A stretch of 62,000 nucleotides of DNA from Malacoraja senta. Its lineage: Eukaryota. The position numbers and the translations under genes were made by a program. The notes under the pieces were generated by a model that was not told where the DNA came from, made no database searches, and saw only the letters and a list, made by a program, of their open reading frames with translations. The stretch spans positions 930,001 to 992,000 of the forward strand of contig CM075997.1 of the NCBI GenBank assembly GCA_038087875.1, in the 5' to 3' direction. Shown piece by piece: positions 1 through 11,935 of the stretch (the stretch's first letter is position 1; each line of letters opens with the position of its first letter).

Positions 1-146
1 TATTAAGGAAACTGCGCTTCAAGGCAAGAATTCTAAACTGGAGCTCACATTAAAAGCTACTCATCCTTTTATTTAAAAAAAAGCTGAATCCCCAGTTAGA
101 TTACATGGCAATAACTATGCAAAGAGGGAGAATTCAGCACTTAGAA

Positions 147-334
147 AGTGCCTGTCCCACTTACGTGATTGTTGCAGGGTGACGCCTGTAAGGTCGCGAG
201 TAGTCGCCCAAAGAGTCGTACCTTTTTCTGGTCGCCGCTGGATTTTCAACATGTTGAATATTTTCGGCCACCTGCTGCGACTATGACGGGTGCCGGCAGT
301 TGCCAAAAAAAATCGTATAAGTGGTTCAGGCCCT
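147..334. mobile_element. MITE, same family as 15351-15552 (opposite orientation)
   Basis: Same TIRs and internal sequence. Confidence 0.75.
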
Positions 335-1679
335 TTACAATGTACAAGGCAACAAGGGGAGAGGACTGATATCCTTTCCAGCTGCAGATTCACTGCTGCG
401 ATTCATCCTCTAGTGGGCCAATGAAGTGAAAAAGCATGGAACGGAGTCCGTGAACAGTCACATCAAAATCGGGTAATCTCAGGTACTCACATTAATACTG
501 ATGCTGAGCTTATTCTGCCCTCATGTTTAATGGGACATTTCCTTTCTCTCTTGTGCCAAGCACTGGCAGAAACTGGAGAGATTAATGACCACCAACAAAC
601 AAACAGACAAAGCCAGTCTGAAAAATAAATAGATATTTACAAACTCCTTTGAAAGAGCCTGGTTAATATCTGCAGGCGATCAAGAGGCAGGTTTTGAGCC
701 AGTGCCTGAGCTCCCACCCACAAACCGAAGAACGGCCTCGGAGGAGATGACTGAAGCAGCAGATTTTCAATGAACAGCAAATGGAAGAAAAAGCTTTTAA
801 ATAAAGGTAATAAACCAGAAAATAGCAGAAACACTCACCAAGTCTGGCAGTATCTGCAGAAAGAGAAACCGAGTTAATGTCGGAGCAAGGGACTGCAGAT
901 GCTGGTTTACAAAAAAAGACACAAACTGCCGGTGTAACTCACCGGGTCAGGCAGCATCTTTAGAGAACATGGATAAACTCAGCAGGTTCAGCAGCATCCC
1001 AGGAGAATATGGATAGATAATGTTTCAGGTCGGGACCTTTATTCGGACTGTTAATGTGTCAGGTTGAGGGCCTTTCTATTTACATGTAGTTTGGATGGAA
1101 GGAGTTTGACCTAAAACTCAACTCTTTCCAAAGATGCCGTACAAGCACCTGAATGTTTCGTGCAATTCTTTTTTCATTTTAGAAGCTTCCAAGAGATGGC
1201 GTTAGGAAATGTGCTAACTCCAACTGTTGTCCCCAATACCCATTGCCCCTCTTTAACTGTGGGGTTAATAATTAAAATTTACATTTACATTTTAAAATTT
1301 ACATTTTGAAATGAAATGGTATTTTATTCTACCGAGGCAAAATTGAGATCCTCTGCAGGTTGGATATGAAATCAGAGGAGAGTTTTCTTCCATCCAACTA
1401 AACAATACTCTGGCGGACGAGGTGAAGTCTAACACTCAGAGGTTTTTCAAAATGCCCATGGGTAGGCAAAAGGAAAGTGGAGTGCTAGACTTAACCTCTG
1501 CCTCATCATGCAAAGTCCCCTTTCGATATCACCCAAAATAAGAAACAAAGATCTCAGAAAAGACACAATACGCTGGAGTAATTTAGTGGCTGGAGCGCTA
1601 CAGTAACTCAGTGGGTCAGGCAACATCTCTGGAGAACATGGATAGGAGACATTTAGGGTCGGGAACTGGAGGGTCCCGA

Positions 1680-1945
1680 TCAAGTCACCCATCCATGTTT
1701 AAGAAAGAACTGCAGATGCTGGTTTAAATCGAAGGTAGGCACAAAATGCTGGAGTAACTCAGCGGGTGAGGCAGCATCTCTGGAGAGAAGGAATGGACGA
1801 CGTTTCGGATCGAGACCCTTCTTCAGACTGAAGAAGTCTCGACCCGAAACGTCGCCCATTCCTTCTCTCCAGAGATGCTGCCTGACCCGCTGAGTTACTC
1901 CAGCATTTTGTGTCTTTTTTTGTAAACTAGCATCTGCAGCTTTCA
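1680..1945. mobile_element. Penelope-like 3' fragments in inverted arrangement
   Basis: GAACTGCAGATGCTGG...GAGACCCTTCTTCAGA followed by its reverse complement. Confidence 0.75.
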
Positions 1946-4409
1946 TGTCTGCAGCTAAACAAAGAGTTAAACTATGGCCGTGAAAACTCTTGCAATCTTG
2001 AGGGGCAGAATAAAATACAATTTGTAAAAGGAACTTTGAATTACATTGGGAGAATCACTGGAGCAAAAAGAAACTGCTGGAGAAAGTCAGCAGGTCAATC
2101 AGCATCTGTGTAGCGTTTGGGGGTGGGAGGGGCTGAAGAACTGTCCACGTTTCAGGTTGAGTCCATGCTTCAGGACTCAGAGTGGAGAGGGAAGAGCATC
2201 ATTGTAAAAGAGAAGAGGAAGAGTGAGAGAGGGGCAGGTAGTGATTGGTAGACCAAGGAGAGGTGAGGGGTGATGGGCTGAAGAAGCCAGGTAGCTAAGG
2301 AGAATGGGCGGAGTTGGCAGACAGGTGGAAGCTGGCAAGGATAAGAAAATTAGGCAAATAAGGGGGGGGGGGTTATGTGGAGTTGGAGACAGGCATTGGA
2401 AAATGATAAGCAGGGACACAAAAGATACTGTAATTTGATAAGTAAGGAGAAAGGCAATGGGAAGTAGTCTGAAGAAGGGTCCTGACCTGAAACATCATCT
2501 ATCCATTCTCCCCACAGATGCTGCTTGATCCACTGAGTTTCTCTAGCACATTGCGTTCTACTAATAATTGGACCTATTAAGGGAAAGCATTCAATCAACG
2601 TGTTTTTCTAAGCAGGCTAACGATTCCAATCATTAGGTTATTCCATATTGGACCAACAAAGGCGACAATCTTGTTGATTGGCTGAGGTGAAGGGTTAATG
2701 GAAAAAAAACTGATGGGATTTCTGTTAAATAACACAGCTAATAATACAATTATGTTGGAGGTTAATGATGTTATGACAGCTAAGCATCTGATGCTTGATG
2801 GAGCATGCAGAATTTCGACCAAGCAACTGTGCCTTCTGCTGCATCAGTCCTACAAATGGGACTAAAATCGTGATGAAAGCAACCTTTAAAGCTTGATACA
2901 AGACTTAATCATCCACACATTCTTCCAGATGTTACCTTCTCTGTGCATAGTGCACCCTCAACAGACGATAGCACGAGGAAGGGCTCAAAAAATCCTTATC
3001 AAAGAAAAGATTTGTATAAATAGGCTTCAGATGAATGTTGTGAATGAAGATGTGAAAGGACTCGGGGAAAGAAGCAGCTATTTTTCAAACCCAATTTACT
3101 GGAGGAACTCAGTAGTTCAGGCGGCATCTGTGGACGGAAAGGTACAGATGACGTTTCAGGCCAAAAACCTCCTTCAGACTCAAGCAAAATGTCCTGTTGG
3201 TTACCAGACTGTTCCCAGTATTGAGCAGTTTGTATTGGTGGCGTTACACAACATTAAAAGGCATACCCAGTCAGTCCATTAGTACCACCAATAACACAAG
3301 AGGCAGAAGTCTACAGCGATGTCCGGGCTTCCCAGCATAACAAAACAACACCAGCATGTCCATCAACTTAACTCCAAGAGTCCCGACCCAAAACATCACC
3401 TATCCATGTTCTCCAGAGGCGCTGCCCGACCTACTGAGTTACTCCAGCACATGGTGTCCAAATTTAAAAATCATTTCACCAATGGAGGCCATGCACTGAA
3501 AAGGTCCGAAAACAAAATGCAGATCTTTCGTTCATGTTCTCAACATTATCTTACTCTTGTCTTTGTTTCCTTCCCCCTCCAAGGGCTTGGGTTCTATTTT
3601 TTTGTTCCTGATTTTTCTTCCTCTGTAATCCTCCACAGCAAGGTAACATTAACACAAGCTTCTTTATTTTTTGGTTACAAAAACGGCTTACGTCAGTAAT
3701 TTAAAGTTTCCACAGCCCGTCCAGCTGCTCAGTGTTGCAACTGATGACAGGTAGACACCCCACACATACTTACTCAGCCTCCTACACCTATCCTTACATG
3801 GTGACGGACAAAAGCCGCCTCATTTTAATGGCGGTCAACTGCACAACTTGTTTAATCTCTTTTGGAAAACCATCAAATTTTTGATTAATTCATAACACAT
3901 CATTTCAGCCCACCAATAATTACTCAAATAGCCATTTCATAATTAAAAGACAGACTTTAAACCAGGCTAGCAGGAGATGCCAAGAATAAAGCCACAATTA
4001 TTAAACATGAATTGTACAACTTAGCCAGGTCCTCCAGTGCAGAAAAATGTTAAACTATACTTAAATAAGCCATATGCTCAAGGCAAATTCTCATGCATAA
4101 TTAACCAATGGCAGAATGCCAAGGCAAATAACGCATCAGGGCAACATTTTGCATTTTAAAAATTAATTAAAGCAAGTGTAGAACTGGGGATAAAAGTTCA
4201 CATCCTGCTTGCTTTATAGCAACCCTGGCTGGAAGGTGTGTGGAGATTAGGCAACGGGTAGATGACACTCAGATACATAGTCACTAATAAACTAAATAGC
4301 CCTGAACCCTACTCATCCCGAACCCACAGCAGACTCGACATTACCTCACCACAGACTTTTGTACCCCTCTCCTCCTCCTTTGGTTTGATGGCCAATTTAC
4401 CATTATTCA

Positions 4410-4680
4410 TTCAGTTTAATTTAGTTTAGAGATACAGCATGGAAACAAGCCCTTCAGCCCATCAAATCCACGCCAACCAACAATCACCAGTACACTAGTT
4501 CTATGTTATCCCACTTTACACTAGGGATAATTTACAGAAGCCAATTAACCTACATCTCTGGAATGTGGACTGAAGCACCCTGAGAAAACCTACATGGTCA
4601 CAGTTAGAACGTGCAAACTCCATACAGACAGCACTCGCAGTCAGGATCAAACCTGGGTCTCTGGCGCTGTAAAGCAACAA
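4410..4680 (-). mobile_element. V-SINE (HE1-like)
   Basis: Reverse complement of the 23893-24198 type. Confidence 0.75.
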
Positions 4681-6134
4681 CCAATATGATCCTTCATTAA
4701 TGCTATTCACATCCGAGTTCAGGGGGTGGCAATACCAAAGTTAAAGGGAAGGCAGTCAATAATTCTTTAAAAGAAAATAATTTCACTTAACAACTGCCTC
4801 CCCTAATGATCTGAGGTGTCACCTAGGATTTTACTGTCCGGTTTAACAAGGTGCAATGAAACGGTAGAAGTGGTTTGAATACCCAATTATGGCTGAAATC
4901 AATACAGACTTCTAAAAAGTGGTAAATACTTTCTGAATTGCCAATAAAAGTCAGCATGCTTAACATACAATTGACTTTCATGGCAATGGCAGAGTTAGCT
5001 CCATCTGCCCGATTTAGGCAGCTTTCCATGGTGTGGATGGTGGACATTTCAAATCAATACTGGGTTCCACTTTAATAAACTTGCCCTGAGTGCTTCACTC
5101 TTTGTGGAGTTCGGTATCGCCACTGTGTGATGCATGGATAATATTGGAAACTAAACATGTTAACTTTATGCCACCCCAAGCATTCTCCAGGATCCAAACT
5201 GTTAGGGACAAAGTGGGAGCATCGCACAATGTTGAGCAAAATACAAGTGCTGGAGTAACTCAACCAGTCTGTGAGCATCTGTGGAGGGAATAGATAGGCC
5301 ATGTTCCCGAAACACCCCTCCATGGATGTTGCCTGACTCATTGTGTTCCTCCAGCACTTTGTGTTTTGCTCAAGATTCATTTGCTCAAGAATTTGCAGTT
5401 CCTTGTATCATCACAATGTTGATACATTAAAGGTGTCTAAGGCAAATAAATACTTTTAAGACTTAAAACAGTATTAGCCCTCATCATCTTGCTTTAAATC
5501 TGGTCAGAACATGGAGCCACTTGCCAGCTGATATCCAATGCGGTTTTGAATGTCTTTTGATCAACTCAAAAGATAAATTCATACAGGCACAACTTCCACT
5601 TCAAAAAATTCCAGCACCTTGGTCCAGTGGAGTTTAAATGAAAAGAGATGCAACAACAAAATGAAGCACGGCAGATTTCTTTGCAAAAATCCTATTCCCA
5701 AGATAATCCAAGAAATTAAAACGGAAGAATTGGAGGGAATGAGGACTGTAGGTAGGAGTGAAATGCAGCATCTTGGCCAGGGTGGGGTGGGTCTTTGATG
5801 ATGCTGGCTGCCTTTTTGAGGCAGCGCCTCCTACAGATTCATTTGATGGTGGGGATGTCAGTGTTGATGACTCTTTGTAATCTCCATAAATTCTAGGGGT
5901 TCGAGTTGTCGGAGGCATCTAGTCAACATACTCTCTACTGTACACCTGTAGAAGCTCGAGAGTATTCATCGATATCTCAAATCTGCTTGATCTTCTAAAG
6001 AAATTCTTCATATTCTTCACTATCATGGAATCCAATAACCCCACCCTTCAAATGTATTGATAACATGGCTTCCAAAAGCTTTTGGAAAGGGAATTACATT
6101 ACCACATTCTTTTATGTGAAAACATATTCTTCAT

Positions 6135-6415
6135 CTTTAGTTTAGTGATTCAGAATGAAAACAGGCCCTTTGGCCCACTGACTCCACATCGATCACCCAT
6201 GCACCAGTTCTATCCTACACACTAGGGGCAATTTACAGAAGCTAATTAACTTTAAAACTTGCGATTCTTTGGAATGTGGGAGGAAACTGAAGCACCTGGA
6301 AAAACCCACGCAGTCACAGGGCAAACGTGCAAACTCTGTACAGATAGCACCCGTAGTCAGAATCAAACCCAGGCCTCTGGCGCAGTAAGCCAGCAACTCC
6401 ACTGCTGCGCCACCC
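6135..6415 (-). mobile_element. V-SINE (HE1-like)
   Basis: Same consensus. Confidence 0.8.
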
Positions 6416-7327
6416 TCCATAGTTGTCCGCTTGGCCTGTGACATTTAATTCTCGACATGACATATGGGTAAACATCCTCTCAGTGTCATCTTGCCATTTT
6501 ACAATCTCATGTGCTTCACGGATACTGCCTAGCAAACTGTTAAACACAGACAAATTACAACAAAGAACACAACCTTCCATTCTCATGACTGGGCCAGAAA
6601 TTAAAATTGAAAGCAATTTAACAGCTAGCCAGTTGAAATGGCAGTATAACAATGGAAAATGTGAAAGCCAGTACTAATAGATTGTTTAACATTCACTGTA
6701 GATTAGGTGTTATAAACAAAGTCATGCCAATGCCAACAGTATTTGATTCCATTGAATCATTCAACAGATTAAACAGACATGTTATGGAGCACAGGGATCC
6801 TTGTTTCCTCTCCCAACCCCAAACAAAAATCTTTTTAATATTTTGCAACAGATTAACCCTTTCATTGGGCTGTCTCAGGATACTATTTGTTAATTATATC
6901 CTTCATGTATTCTACAGAGTGATTGTCCTGCAGCACGGAGACAAGCCCTTCAGCCCAACTTGTCCATGCCGACCAAGATGCCCCATCTACACTGGTCCCA
7001 TTCGCTCATGTTTAGCCCGCACCCTTCCATGTACCTGTCCAAGTGTCTTCCAACCACTGTTATTGTACTGACCTCAACTACTTCCTCTGTTACTGCAAGC
7101 TAAAAATACTAAAGGCTGCGTGTTACATTGTTCAATAGAATGTCAATAGAAGCGATCCTTATCAATTTCAACAGTGAAACTAGCAATTGTATGCTTAAGA
7201 GACAATGGTGTCTGATTATTATGGAGATGTGTTGGTGACATATTGATTACATGGAAACACTTTCTTTTCCCCTGATCGACAAGGCTTTCAGCACATTGGC
7301 CGTCAACAGTTAGGGTATTGATTAGAG

Positions 7328-7778
7328 AACTTTCCTATAGCAGGGTGTTTAAAACTGAACATAATACTCCAAATGTGGCACCAATGTCTTGTACAACTGT
7401 GATATAACAGTTGTTATATCACAGTTGTACAAGACAAAGCAGTCTGAAGAAGGGTTTCGGCCCGAAACGTTGCCTATTTCCTTCGCTCCATAGATGCTGC
7501 TGCACCCGCTGAGTTTCTCCAGCATTTTTGTGTACCTATTGATTAGAGAAGTTGGGATGTTATATCAAAGGTACACGAAAATGCTGGAGAAACTCAGCGG
7601 GTGCAGCACCATCTATGGAGCGAAGGAAATAGGCAACGTTTCGGGCCGAAACCCTTCTTCAGACTGCTTTGTCTTGTACAACTGTGATATAACAACTGTT
7701 ATATCACAGTTGTACAAGACATTGCTGCCACATTTGGAGTATTATGTTCAGTTTTAAACACCCTGCTATAGGAAAGTT
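7328..7778. repeat. ~210-bp-arm inverted repeat made of Penelope 3' fragment plus captured CR1 target DNA
   Basis: Arms 7328-7537 and 7569-7778 are near-perfect reverse complements; 31-bp spacer. Confidence 0.9.
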
Positions 7779-8580
7779 GTTGTTCAGCTGGAAAGAGTGC
7801 AGAGAAGGATTACAAGGTTGTTGCCAGGAATTGAGGGCTTGGGGTATCAGGAGAGGTTAGGCAGGATATGGTTTTATTCCTTGGAGCACAGGAGGCAGAG
7901 GGGTGAACTTACAGGTGTATAAGATCATGAGGTGTAGAACATTCCCTCCCGCAAGTCAGCTTTCTTCTTAAGAATGGTCCCGATCCGAAACATCACCTCT
8001 CCATGTTCTCCACAAATGGTCTGCTTGTCAATTTCCTAAGTTACTTTTAAGCGGTTGTCTCTTTCCGGATAGAAATCACATTATAACAATTTGGACCCCG
8101 TTATTTAATTTGACATTCATGTCATATCCAATTTGCGCTATGAAAACACGTGCTGTAGTGGAACTATCTGTGTTCATTGGAGTTCAGCAGGATGAGGGAT
8201 ATAACCCAATGCTCAAACAGAGCGTGAAGATAGGTCCCAACCTGAAACAGCACCCATCCACTTTCTCCAGAGATGCTGCTTGTCCCGCTGAGTTACTCCA
8301 GCACTTTATTTTGTTTTTGGAAACCTGCATCTGCAGTTCCTGATGTCTAAAGTTCTAACAGGTTAGACTAGATGTAGGAAGGACATACCTGATCACAGGA
8401 GTATTAGACCGTCACAATATTTTTAACCAGGTATTGGTCTTATAGACACAAGGACCTGCAGATATAGGGTTACTGAATAATCCACAAAATGTTGAATTAA
8501 CTCAGCGAGTCAGGCAGCATCTCTGGAGGACATGGATGGATGCAGTTGAGTTGAGACCCTTCTTCAGTAGAGGATCTTGC

Positions 8581-9349
8581 ATAAGCGAGTTCGGTATTCC
8601 GACTGCGCATGCCCAGGTCATAGGTCACTCGCGATAAACATTCTCGGCAACTGTGCTGCTGCATGTATACAGACCATCCGTAGTCAGGATCGAATCCAGG
8701 CCTCCAGCGCTGTTGAATTGCTAATGGACCGTCCCCGTCCCCTCGAGTGTCCCATCCGTGTCCGAGGGCGGCCGGAGATGACCGGGATGACCCTGGACTG
8801 ATGGGACACCGGCCCGGAGCAGTGGTGGCCCAGGCTTGAAGCCAGCCCGGAGAAGAAGCGCTAACTCCAGCTCAACTCTGCCTGTCCCGCCGGGTTATCA
8901 GACAGCCCTGGACTAACAGGACACCGGCCCGGAACAGTGAAGTTAGAGCTTCTTCTCCGCGCTTACTGTAAGCCTGGGCCACCACTGCAAGGGGCCGGTG
9001 TCCCGTCAGTTCAGGGCTGTTGGTTAATCCGGCGGACAGGCAGAGTCGAGCTGGAGTTAGCGCTTCTTCGCCGCACTTGCTGCAAGCCTGGGCCGCCACT
9101 GGAAGGGGCCGGTGTCCCGTCAGTCCAGGGTCACCCCGGACAGGGATGGGACACTCAGGAGGGGACGGGGACGGTCCAGTAGCAATTCAACAGCACTTGT
9201 AGCGCCGGAGACCCGGAATCGATCCTGACTACGGATGAAACGCAGGTCTGTATACATGCAGCAGCACAGTTGCCAAGAATGTTTATTGCGAGTGACCTTT
9301 GACAAATCCCATGATTCCTTGTGTTTTTCGGAATACCAAACTCGCTTAT
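8581..9349. repeat. Long foldback (palindromic) element
   Basis: ATAAGCGAGTTCGGTATTCCGA... pairs with ...TCGGAATACCAAACTCGCTTAT; complementarity extends over ~300 bp. Confidence 0.85.
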
Positions 9350-9714
9350 TGTACTTCAGTGTTAAGAAAACAGATTGCACAACTCGATACATTAATGAAT
9401 TGGCATCTATCCACAGATGCTGCTTGACCTGCTAAGTGACTTTGTATTTTCGGTTTACAAATCTATACCTAGGTTTCTGCTTAGAAAAGGCTTCATAAGG
9501 TTGTAAACTAGCTGTCATTTAATTTCTGCATTTTGGAAATACCAGGCATATCATCAGCAGCCACCGAGGCACCAGAAACTCCAGTTCACGAGAAGCAATT
9601 TTAGGCTGAACACCCTCTTTTAAAAGGACTGGATATTCAGGTTACAAATATGTGAACTGAGGTACCTTCATGGATATACAAGTCACAGTGATCACATTTC
9701 AAACAAGAAATGTT

Positions 9715-10005
9715 AGGGCAGCACAGCAACGCAGTGGTAGAGTTGCTGCCGTACAGCACCGGAGTCCTGGGTTTGATCCGCACTGCGAGTGCTGTCTGTA
9801 CGGAGTTTGTACGTTCTCCCCGTGACCTGCATGGGTTTTCTCCGGGTGCTCCGATTTCCCCTCTCACTCCAAAGACGTACAGGTTTGTAGGTTAATTGGC
9901 TTCTGCAATTTGTCCCTAGTATGTGTGATAGTGCAGGGCGATCGCTGGTCGGCACAGACTCAGTGAGCTGAAGAGCCTGTTTCCACGATGTATCTCTAAT
10001 GTCCA
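9715..10005 (+). mobile_element. V-SINE (HE1-like)
   Basis: Same consensus. Confidence 0.8.
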
Positions 10006-10631
10006 AAGTCCAAAATTAGTAAACCAATGCTTTAATGAACTGGAGACCAATCTCAGTATCTGACAACATGTTATATTAACATAAAAGGCCAACTCTTGGG
10101 GGGTTTTCTCCTCTCTATAGAGATGCCACCTCATCTACTGAGTACTTCCATCACTTTCTGTGTAAGGGTCCCGAACTGAAACGTCACCAATCCATTCCTT
10201 CCAGGGATGCTGCCTGAGCCACGGATTACTCCAGCAATTTGTGTTTTGCTTCTATTTATATGCACGTCTTAATTCCAATGAGCTGCAAATCTTGGCCAGA
10301 GAACCGAGTCACTGAGCTAACTCAGGACTGAGACTGATAGATTTTTAGCCATCCAGATTGAGTGGGCAAGTGGACGGGACACAGGATCTGAAGGGTCCCG
10401 ACCACAAGCGTCCCCTATCCATGTTCTCCAGAGATGCTGCCTACCCTGCTGAGTTACTCTAGCACAGTGTCATTTTTTGTAAACCCGCATTGGCAGTTTC
10501 TAGTTTCGAAATTGTCAACCATGATCTTTCTGAATCGTGGAGGAGATTCCAAGGATTGTCTCGCCTACTATAGACACAAAATGCTGGAGTAACTCAGCGG
10601 GTCAGACAGCATCTCTGGAGAAAAGGAATAG

Positions 10632-10889
10632 TCAAGTCAAGTCAAGTCATATTTATTTATATAGCACATGTAAAAAACAACTCTCGTTGGCCAAAGTGCT
10701 TTACATTTGTTATAAGAATAGTATAAACAAACAAACTACATACATATAGCCCTCGCTCAGAGGACGTCAAGAAAGGCTTGGGAGTATAGATACGTTTTTA
10801 GTCTTGACTTAAAGGAGTCGATGGAGGGGGCAGTTCTGATGGGAAGGGGGATGCTGTTCCACAGTCTAGGAACTGCAACCGCAAAGGTC
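10632..10889 (-). mobile_element. L2-like LINE 3' end nested in a Penelope fragment
   Basis: Minus-strand TGTAAAGCACTTTG...GCTATATAAATAAA(TGACT)n; GAATAG duplicated at 10626-10631 and 10890-10895. Confidence 0.65.
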
Positions 10890-11627
10890 GAATAGGTGAT
10901 GTTTCGGGTCGAGACCCTTATTCAGACTGTCTCACCTACTCTTGCTTTTGTTTCTTATGTCCTTTTGACCTGGTTCTGCACTAGACTGCAAGATGAATGA
11001 TACAAATACAAATAGCTCATATTCTTTCTTGACCATTGATTCAGAATCTATACACCTTAATCATTATGCAGACATGCAAGAGTGTTTTCCACTTAAATCA
11101 ACAATTATTATGCTAGCGCAAACTTACAGATTTCCACCAACAGTTTTTATGAAGACTTTGTGCTTAAGTACGTAGCTGAACTCTCAGACTCTGTTCCCAA
11201 ACAGAATTCCCTCCCTGAATATCATCCAACAAGACAATTAGGCAAAACGTCAAATCGAAAGCAGCGCATTAATTATTTGCGGTGCGAGTCTGCCGCTTCT
11301 ACACTAGGCACAATACACTGGCCGTCTAAAGAAAGGGCTTAAAAGCTAGCCACGGCAAAAATATATTTTCACCATGTTTTGTTAAAAATGCTTCTCCTCG
11401 GGTTCTCGCATTACACATCCTAGTAACTTTCAGACTGAAGCCAATGGTCACACGTCAGCAGTCTGTGTCCCTATCACAACTTCCAGCACAAAACAAATGT
11501 GGCTTGGGTTTGAAATGTTGTGAATGTTCTGGGACCAATTTAACCCAAAGGCCTAAAGAAATACACAACAGAAAGGTGAAAAAAAAATAGACAGCAGCAC
11601 TTAAATAGAAGCAACTGGAAAGAGGAT

Positions 11628-11935
11628 TAGTTTAATTTAGTTTAGTTTTAGTTTAGAGATACAGCGCGGTAACAGGCCCTTCAGCCCACACCGACCAGCG
11701 ATCCCCGCACACTAACACTATCCTACACACACTAGGGACAATTTACACATATGCCAAGCTAATTAACCGATAAACCTGTACGTCTTTGGAGTGTGGGAGA
11801 AAACGGGAGATCTCGAAGAAAACCCACGAGGTCATGGGGAGAACGTGCAAACTCCATACAGATAAACAGCCGTAGTCAGGACTAAAACGGAGTCTCCGGC
11901 GCTGCAAGCGCTGTAAGGCAGTAACTCTACCGCTG
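11628..11935 (-). mobile_element. V-SINE (HE1-like)
   Basis: Same consensus, with (CTAAA)n tail. Confidence 0.8.
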
